Source: Candidatus Moraniibacteriota bacterium
GTDB taxonomy: Bacteria > Patescibacteriota > Minisyncoccia > Moranbacterales > UBA1568
Reading direction: 5' to 3'
Assembly (NCBI GenBank): GCA_028688415.1
Contig: JAQTYF010000001.1
Span: 80,627 to 144,626, forward strand
DNA: 64,000 nt
A model generated the notes under the pieces. That model was given only the letters and a program-made list of their open reading frames with translations. It was not told the origin of the DNA and made no database searches. Position numbers and translations under genes: made by a program. Shown here one piece after another: positions 58,623-64,000 of this stretch (position 1 is the stretch's first letter; every line of letters begins with the position of its first letter).

Positions 58623-59234
58623 ATGGATAAGAAATCAAAAATATTTTTTGCCGTATTTTTTCTACTCATTGTTCTCTCTGTTGGAGCGACCTACTATCGG
58701 TATGTCGTGGCGCATGACTATATGATTCAGGCAGAGTTAGACTGTGATCCCTATACTGAATCTTGTTTCGTCTATGTTTGTGATCCGGAAGCTGATGAAG
58801 AATGTACCGGAGATCCGATAGAAGATACTTCGTATTACAAACTTATCGATCGCAATGCCAAGAATATTCCTCTTTGTGATCCTGCCGATGAAAATTGTAC
58901 TGCTCTCGTGTGTGAAGAAGGGGAGGTAGACTGCTCATACACACTCTGTGATCCAGAGACAGCCGAAGAGGGTGAAGTGTGTAATGATCCAGTTGTGTAT
59001 ACAGCCGAGAATCCGATAGAAGAAGAAACAGATGAAGCAGTGGATGAAGAAGGAGCTACTACTCTGACTGAGGACGAAGAAAGTATCCCTGCTACCGAAG
59101 GCGAAGAAACAGCAAATGAAACAGTCGAAGGAGAAGAAACAACAGAAACTCCTGCAAATGCTAATGAAACAGAACCTGTATCTACCGAAGCATCCATCAC
59201 TCCTGCAGTTTCTGGGACGGTTATCGTGCCCTAG
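58623..59234 (+). CDS. Membrane-anchored Cys-rich protein with four C-D-P-x(n)-C repeats and acidic Glu/Thr-rich tail
   Basis: N-terminal TM (IFFAVFFLLIVLSVGATYY). 'CDPYTESC', 'CDPEADEEC', 'CDPADENC', 'CDPETAEEGEVC' repeats (12 Cys). C-terminal E/T-rich low complexity. Confidence 0.5.
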   Translation: MDKKSKIFFAVFFLLIVLSVGATYYRYVVAHDYMIQAELDCDPYTESCFVYVCDPEADEECTGDPIEDTSYYKLIDRNAKNIPLCDPADENCTALVCEEGEVDCSYTLCDPETAEEGEVCNDPVVYTAENPIEEETDEAVDEEGATTLTEDEESIPATEGEETANETVEGEETTETPANANETEPVSTEASITPAVSGTVIVP

Positions 59235-59365
59235 TATATTTGATTCATATCGCTATCGGTATTTAGCTATGACATAGCAGAAGAGGGTTTTTTCGGACAC
59301 GTTTCGAAGTCTTTTTTTATTTTGCAGATCTTACAAATATAGTAGCCAAGAAGCTCACACAATCT

Positions 59366-59394
59366 TTGAAAGTACAGGTGAAAACCGGTATAAT
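59366..59394 (+). promoter_or_regulatory. Near-consensus sigma70-type promoter (TTGAAA-17-TATAAT) about 100 nt upstream of the fusion gene
   Basis: 'ttgaaa' 59366-59371, a 17-nt spacer, and 'tataat' 59389-59394. Confidence 0.45.
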
Positions 59395-59494
59395 GGACGG
59401 GTATATCACCGATGCGCATGTGTACAAAAACACCTATGACGATGCATTCGATATCCTGAGTACGTATCTTAATCAAACAGCTACAGCTTAATAT

Positions 59495-61213
59495 ATGAAG
59501 CTTTATTGTATTTCAGGGAATAAAAAGAAACTTGATCATTATCAAGAATTGCAAAAGATATTTTCTTCACGTCTTTTTGACATTGTTCCCAAAGAGATAA
59601 CTACTTCCGAAATACAGTCAGTAAAAGGAGAAGAGGTTGTCCGGGAGAAAATGAATCAAATACGTAAACAAACATCGATGCCTTTTATTGTTGATGATGT
59701 TTCTTTGCTTGTTGGATCGAATGCTTACCCAGGAGCACTAATAAAGCATCTACTAGAAAATAATAATACCGAAACGATACCACAATTCTTGCCAGACAAA
59801 ACACCTGTTGTAGTGGTTTGTTATCTCGGATATTTTGATGGTTTTGACTCTTTCATATTTAAGGGTGAGTTACGAGGAGAAACTCACTTTGATTCTTTGG
59901 ATGTCCGTGCCCCGATTCAGTTGGATACTCTCATCTTTGCTCATGGTGTCCCTCTTGGTGTTGTTGATTCTACCGAAAATCATCGAGGGAAAGCCTTTCA
60001 GGAATTAGTGAAACACATTGAATCAGTCAGAGAAGAGCGTGAACGACATAATGTACAGGTAGCTGAACGTTGGAGCAAACGAGCAAACGAGTGGCAATCA
60101 GTACGTGAGGATGTTGCGTCCTATGTGAATCATGAGAATGGCTATGATCGTTTCGATACTGAAGTAAACCGTATTTTGCCTTTTATATTTGGTACGGCTA
60201 TTGATGTTGGTTGCGGTGATGGAGCTGTCACGAGGCTTATTTCCTCGAATGCGAACATAAAGAACATCATTGGAATGGACATCAGTTCAGAAATGATCCA
60301 AACAGCTACAAAGAACACAACAGACAGTCGAATTCGGTATGAAGTTAGTTCATTTTTGAATACTAATAAAAGAAAGTATCATCTTATCACCTCGAGAGGT
60401 GTCGTGTTGTCGCATATGCATAAGACAGATGTTCTTCCGACGCTTATAGCGTTTGCAGAGTCTCTTGAGACAGATGGTTTCCTCGTCTTTGATTATATTA
60501 GTAATATAGATAACAATGATGATGCAGGGAGAATGCAGAAAAATCAGTTGAGTAAAGAGTGGATCCTTGCCGTTTTGACAGAGCTTGGGCTCGTAAATAT
60601 TTCGTATAACGGATCCGAGACTCATAGAGTGAGTATACTCGTATTTCATAAACCAATTCCACAATCAGTATATTTTGCCACTGGCAATGCTACCAAGGTT
60701 CTCGAACTGAAAAATAAATGTAAGAATCATATCATTCATTTGGCAAATGTTGATGTTACAGAAATCAAGAGTGATGACATTGTGGAGATTGCAAAAGATA
60801 AGGCAATGAAGAGTTACACTGTATTACATCACCCTGTCATTGTGACCGATGGAGGTATATTTATTCATGCGTTGAATGAATTCCCTGGTCCAAATTCTAA
60901 ACAGGCAGCGATGCTTCTCGGGCCAAAAAAGATACTCGCCTTGATGGAGAATGAAATTGATAGAACTGCTATCAGGCGAAATTGTATGGTTTTTTTTGAC
61001 GGACATAACTATAAAATTTGTATTGCAGAAGTACCTCTTCTTATAAGTCATGATATTACGACGAGTAAATATGATGCCTATCCATTGGATTCTATACTGA
61101 TACCAATACATACTGACAATCTTAAAAAACAAACCTATAAGCAAATGACTGTTACGGAACGCTTGATGTTTACCGAATTACCATTTTTTGAAGAATTCCT
61201 TGCTACACTTTGA
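59495..61213 (+). CDS. Tri-domain fusion: HAM1/ITPase-like NTP pyrophosphatase + class I SAM-dependent methyltransferase + second HAM1/ITPase-like domain
   Basis: N-terminus: 'YCISGNKKKL...E', 'VDDVSLLVGSNAYPGALIKH', 'NHRGKAF' match the Ham1/RdgB motifs (ATGNxGKxxE; DDSGLxVxALxGxPGxYS; SHRGxA). Middle: 'AIDVGCGDGAVTRL...IIGMDIS' is MTase motif I/II. C-terminus: 'YFATGNATKVLE', 'VTDGGIFIHALNEFPGPNSKQAA' are a second Ham1-like set. Confidence 0.6.
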   Translation: MKLYCISGNKKKLDHYQELQKIFSSRLFDIVPKEITTSEIQSVKGEEVVREKMNQIRKQTSMPFIVDDVSLLVGSNAYPGALIKHLLENNNTETIPQFLPDKTPVVVVCYLGYFDGFDSFIFKGELRGETHFDSLDVRAPIQLDTLIFAHGVPLGVVDSTENHRGKAFQELVKHIESVREERERHNVQVAERWSKRANEWQSVREDVASYVNHENGYDRFDTEVNRILPFIFGTAIDVGCGDGAVTRLISSNANIKNIIGMDISSEMIQTATKNTTDSRIRYEVSSFLNTNKRKYHLITSRGVVLSHMHKTDVLPTLIAFAESLETDGFLVFDYISNIDNNDDAGRMQKNQLSKEWILAVLTELGLVNISYNGSETHRVSILVFHKPIPQSVYFATGNATKVLELKNKCKNHIIHLANVDVTEIKSDDIVEIAKDKAMKSYTVLHHPVIVTDGGIFIHALNEFPGPNSKQAAMLLGPKKILALMENEIDRTAIRRNCMVFFDGHNYKICIAEVPLLISHDITTSKYDAYPLDSILIPIHTDNLKKQTYKQMTVTERLMFTELPFFEEFLATL

Positions 61214-61288
61214 CAATTGACTCTTTTGAGAATAGTAAATGGTGGTGCAATAATGCAACATCATGCCTATTCTGAAAAGGAGAGAGCG

Positions 61289-61867
61289 ATGAAAAAGATA
61301 ACTATCTGTGTTTTTGGTGTCAATGGTGTTGGCAAGTCAGTTCTTTTGGAAGCTGTGCAGGATATACATCCTGATGCTATTGTTGTGCGTGGAAGTACTC
61401 TCCTCAAAGAGGCTTTGAGCGTAGCTTCTTATGAAGCTCTGGAATCGATGTCTTCATGCGTGAAGAAGAAGGCAATAATCGATAGTATCATAGCGCTGAC
61501 TGAGGATACGAAAAGTCCTATCACAATAGTGGACACACATTTGGTTGTGCCTATCCGTAAATCTCATGAATTGACTGTCGAAGATATGTGGGATGATGGA
61601 TTGCTTGGATGCTTTCAAGGCTTCATTTACATTCAGGCACATCCATCGATGGTTTCTGAACGACGTCAGATCAACGGAGATCGCGTATTACGTGCTCTCA
61701 ATTCCAGTTCAGAGGTCTGCTCTGAGGATCTTCGGTTGAATGCTTGTCGTTGGGATGAGATTTGCCCGAAGATGCAGAACAAGAAAGTGATAGTGAATGA
61801 CCAGTCAGTGTTTATTGGAGCGATGAAGATATCTCACTTCATCAGAGAATTGCAGGTATCTTTTTGA
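61289..61867 (+). CDS. P-loop NTPase, small kinase-like protein (putative nucleoside/nucleotide kinase)
   Basis: Walker A 'ICVFGVNGVGKS', Walker-B-like 'ITIVDTHLVV', Arg-rich lid-like 'RRQINGDRVLRAL'. About 190 aa. Start moved to the Met at 61289. Confidence 0.5.
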   Translation: MKKITICVFGVNGVGKSVLLEAVQDIHPDAIVVRGSTLLKEALSVASYEALESMSSCVKKKAIIDSIIALTEDTKSPITIVDTHLVVPIRKSHELTVEDMWDDGLLGCFQGFIYIQAHPSMVSERRQINGDRVLRALNSSSEVCSEDLRLNACRWDEICPKMQNKKVIVNDQSVFIGAMKISHFIRELQVSF

Positions 61868-61975
61868 CTTCACGAGATGTTGTGCGAGAGATGGGCGTTC
61901 CGAATAATATTTGGAGCCCCATTTTTTTATGTAAAGCTATTTTTTATGATAAAATAGGGTATAATCAAATAAAAT

Positions 61976-62761
61976 ATGTTAAATCTTTTGAAAAAAATAC
62001 TCATTGTAGGAAGTACTCACGGTCACGAAAGGATCGGTTTAAAGGTGATCGATGAATTGAAAAAACTGAATGTAGGGAGCGATGTGCTTCAGTTTGAAGT
62101 TGGCAATCCAAGGGCTTCAGAAAAAAACATTCCTTTTACTGAGAATGATTTGAATCGTGTTTTTCCAGGGAAAGAACATGGTACCTATGAAGAAATGCGA
62201 GCGTATGAATTGTCTCCGAAAATCAAAGAATCGGACTTGGTGATAGATATCCATTCGACAAATACTACAGATCTGAGTGATAGATCCGTGCTTATAGTGA
62301 CTAGCTATAACCAGGCGACGAAAGATATTATAGACGTAATCAAGCCACCCAAGGTTCTCTATATGAAGTATAAAGGAGACAACGCATTAATCTCTCAAGC
62401 AAAAGTTGGTATAGCTTTCGAATATGGTAAAGATTCGAGTACTGAAGTACTCAATGCTATTTTGTATGATATCGCAGAAGTATTGATGTATTACGGTCTT
62501 GTGGAAAAAAATCCCTATAAAACGATCAAACCTATAACTGAAACTGAAATATTTGAAGTGTATGATGTATTCAAGAAAGATTTCGTCGGTCCTCACAAAT
62601 TTTATCCAAATATAAAAAATTTCGTAAATGTAGCGAAAGGTGAGACAATCTGTAGTACAGAGAGTGATGAGCAGATACTCGCAGAAGAAGATTTTATACC
62701 AATATTATTTGGCGAGAACAGATATACGGATATACTCGGGTTCAAGGCGAAGAAGATTTAA
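61976..62761 (+). CDS. AstE/AspA-family (succinylglutamate desuccinylase/aspartoacylase-like) zinc hydrolase
   Basis: 'ILIVGSTHGHERIG' (HxxE zinc motif) and 'NRVFPG' are hallmarks of the AstE_AspA / M14-like family. TATAAT at 61956-61961 upstream. Confidence 0.65.
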   Translation: MLNLLKKILIVGSTHGHERIGLKVIDELKKLNVGSDVLQFEVGNPRASEKNIPFTENDLNRVFPGKEHGTYEEMRAYELSPKIKESDLVIDIHSTNTTDLSDRSVLIVTSYNQATKDIIDVIKPPKVLYMKYKGDNALISQAKVGIAFEYGKDSSTEVLNAILYDIAEVLMYYGLVEKNPYKTIKPITETEIFEVYDVFKKDFVGPHKFYPNIKNFVNVAKGETICSTESDEQILAEEDFIPILFGENRYTDILGFKAKKI

Positions 62762-62942
62762 TAATACACACTATTTTTTGCAAAAAATGGGGATTTGGGG
62801 TAGAACATGAGTGCAAGAAGTGCCTTTTTTTTGAAGAAGAGAGTTTTTAGATTTTTGACAGTTTTATACTTCTGATGTATTGTTTTATTTTAGTCGAATG
62901 AATCAATAATTCATTTTTTAAACTTTATTTTTTAAAAAATAC

Positions 62943-64000
62943 ATGAACACAATAGATACATCTGATAATATTAAGGGAAACAGTGAAGTTAATGTGAGTA
63001 AATTTGGAGTAGCTCCACAATTGGATGGTTACTATTTTTCACCAGAAAGAGCAAGAGAAGCGAGAGATCAGGGGCGACTATTGTCTATAAGGATTGAGCC
63101 AAGTTTTCGGTGTAATTTACGTTGTGAGTATTGTTATAATAAAAATTATCAATCTTTACCTGATGAAATTAGTTATTCTGAATTGGAAGACATTATTTAT
63201 CAAGCAAAAGAACTCGGCGCTGAATCTATTGTGAATATCGGAGGAGGGGAACCGACCATTTACCCTCGATTTAAGGATTTGACGATATTTATTAATTCGC
63301 TAGGTATGGTCCCTGTTATTTTCACGAACGCTCAAACAATGACAAAGGATCTCGCAAAGTTTTTATTTGATAATAACGTTTCGGTAATTATTAAATTTGA
63401 TTCATTAACGGAAAGTATACAAGATTCTTTATCAGGAGTGAAGGGTGCTCACAGAAATATTATGCAAGGGCTGGATAATTTATTGAAGGCCGGTTATGCT
63501 CACACAAAAAGTGACCAAAAGCTTAAATTAGGAGCCTCGTTCGTTATAAGCAAGAAGAATGCACATGAAGTTGTTGGCTTGTGGAAATTTTGTAGAGAGC
63601 GGAAAATATTTCCAAACTTGGAGATGATGACTCCTAATGAAACAGGAACGAATGCTGAGAAAAATCTTTTAAGCAGACAAGAATGGAAAGAAATTAAAAT
63701 GCAACTTCTGGAAATTGACCGGAACGACTACGGTTTTGATTGGTTACCATTTACTCCCTTAGTTGGAAGTGGTTGTTTCCAGTTAATGTATAGTTTTTAT
63801 ATTACTGCAAGAGGATTTGTTCGCCCATGCGCTGCGATTGAAGTAGAATACGCAAATATAAAAGATTATTCTTTAAAAAATATAATGAAACTTCCTTTTT
63901 ATCAGATGGCAAGAAATATTGACAAACATTTACAGGGGAAGTGTGGTGGATGTAAACATATATTAAATTGTCTGGGGTGTAGAGGAATGGCGTTCTCAAT
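62943..64000 (+). CDS. Radical SAM enzyme with C-terminal SPASM/twitch-like Cys-rich domain (partial; runs off window end)
   Basis: My own translation from ATG 62943 has no stop to position 64000. 'PSFRCNLRCEYCYN' (CxxxCxxC), 'NIGGGEPT'. C-terminal cysteines in 'GSGCF', 'RPCAA', 'GKCGGCKHILNCLGCRG'. Confidence 0.7.
   Translation, partial: MNTIDTSDNIKGNSEVNVSKFGVAPQLDGYYFSPERAREARDQGRLLSIRIEPSFRCNLRCEYCYNKNYQSLPDEISYSELEDIIYQAKELGAESIVNIGGGEPTIYPRFKDLTIFINSLGMVPVIFTNAQTMTKDLAKFLFDNNVSVIIKFDSLTESIQDSLSGVKGAHRNIMQGLDNLLKAGYAHTKSDQKLKLGASFVISKKNAHEVVGLWKFCRERKIFPNLEMMTPNETGTNAEKNLLSRQEWKEIKMQLLEIDRNDYGFDWLPFTPLVGSGCFQLMYSFYITARGFVRPCAAIEVEYANIKDYSLKNIMKLPFYQMARNIDKHLQGKCGGCKHILNCLGCRGMAFS

Noticed and set aside
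59393-59491. 31-codon ORF upstream of the fusion gene as a possible RiPP precursor for the rSAM/SPASM enzyme.
   Set aside because: Its ATG overlaps the -10 box of the only evident promoter. The peptide has no Cys or Gly-rich core and lies 3.5 kb from the rSAM gene. It is kept only as a low-interest leader uORF.
1-64000. tRNA, rRNA, tmRNA, RNase P or CRISPR arrays.
   Set aside because: I scanned intergenic regions by eye. No T-loop/GTTCRANYC cloverleaf candidates, no RNase P 'GGAAAGTCCGG' core, no regularly spaced direct repeats. Nothing was called. A covariance-model scan (tRNAscan-SE, cmscan) would be decisive.

Overview
64 kb of compact, gene-dense DNA. Almost every credible gene is on the + strand (only two small - strand genes). 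Several core proteins are shortened (UvrC 438 aa, MiaB-like 381 aa). Together with the type IV pilus operon, I take this to be a small-genome, Patescibacteria/CPR-like bacterium, which is an inference and not proven.

Ordered content:
- A radical SAM activase.
- A C39-like peptidase.
- A YgjP-family hydrolase.
- A 700-nt ORF-free structured leader upstream of a DEAD-box helicase.
- A DedA-family membrane protein.
- A nucleotide-excision-repair cluster: uvrB, a ydjC/chbG-like deacetylase, a short UvrA paralog lacking the insertion domain, a small - strand ORF, a compact uvrC, and a canonical uvrA.
- A nucleotidyltransferase-fold hypothetical protein.
- A type IV pilus operon: pilC, three pilin-like genes (two very large), and pilM/N/O.
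- rlmN plus a miaB-like methylthiotransferase.
- xthA, rarA, bcp and pepA.
- A truncated dcw cluster: mraZ, rsmH, ftsL, ftsI, murF, then a KH-domain protein.
- A dTDP-rhamnose/glycan locus: rfbC, rfbB, rfbD, rfbA, galU and three GT4 glycosyltransferases, with glyA interspersed.
- A large membrane-anchored DUF4012-like protein, murJ, lepA, trxA, yjbQ, mltG and a Wzz-like protein.
- Two secreted/membrane-anchored low-complexity proteins: one acidic, one Cys-rich.
- The most unusual locus (59.4 to 64 kb): a tri-domain HAM1(ITPase)-methyltransferase-HAM1 fusion protein, a P-loop kinase-like protein, an AstE/AspA-family zinc hydrolase, and a radical SAM/SPASM enzyme that runs off the window end.

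Non-coding highlights:
- A roughly 130-nt intergenic repeat family (2.5 copies) in which a conserved hairpin is maintained by compensatory substitutions.
- Several long near-perfect inverted-repeat elements sharing a 'CAAAAGTATTTTT' arm motif.
- Multiple rho-independent terminators.

No tRNA, rRNA or CRISPR array was recognised.
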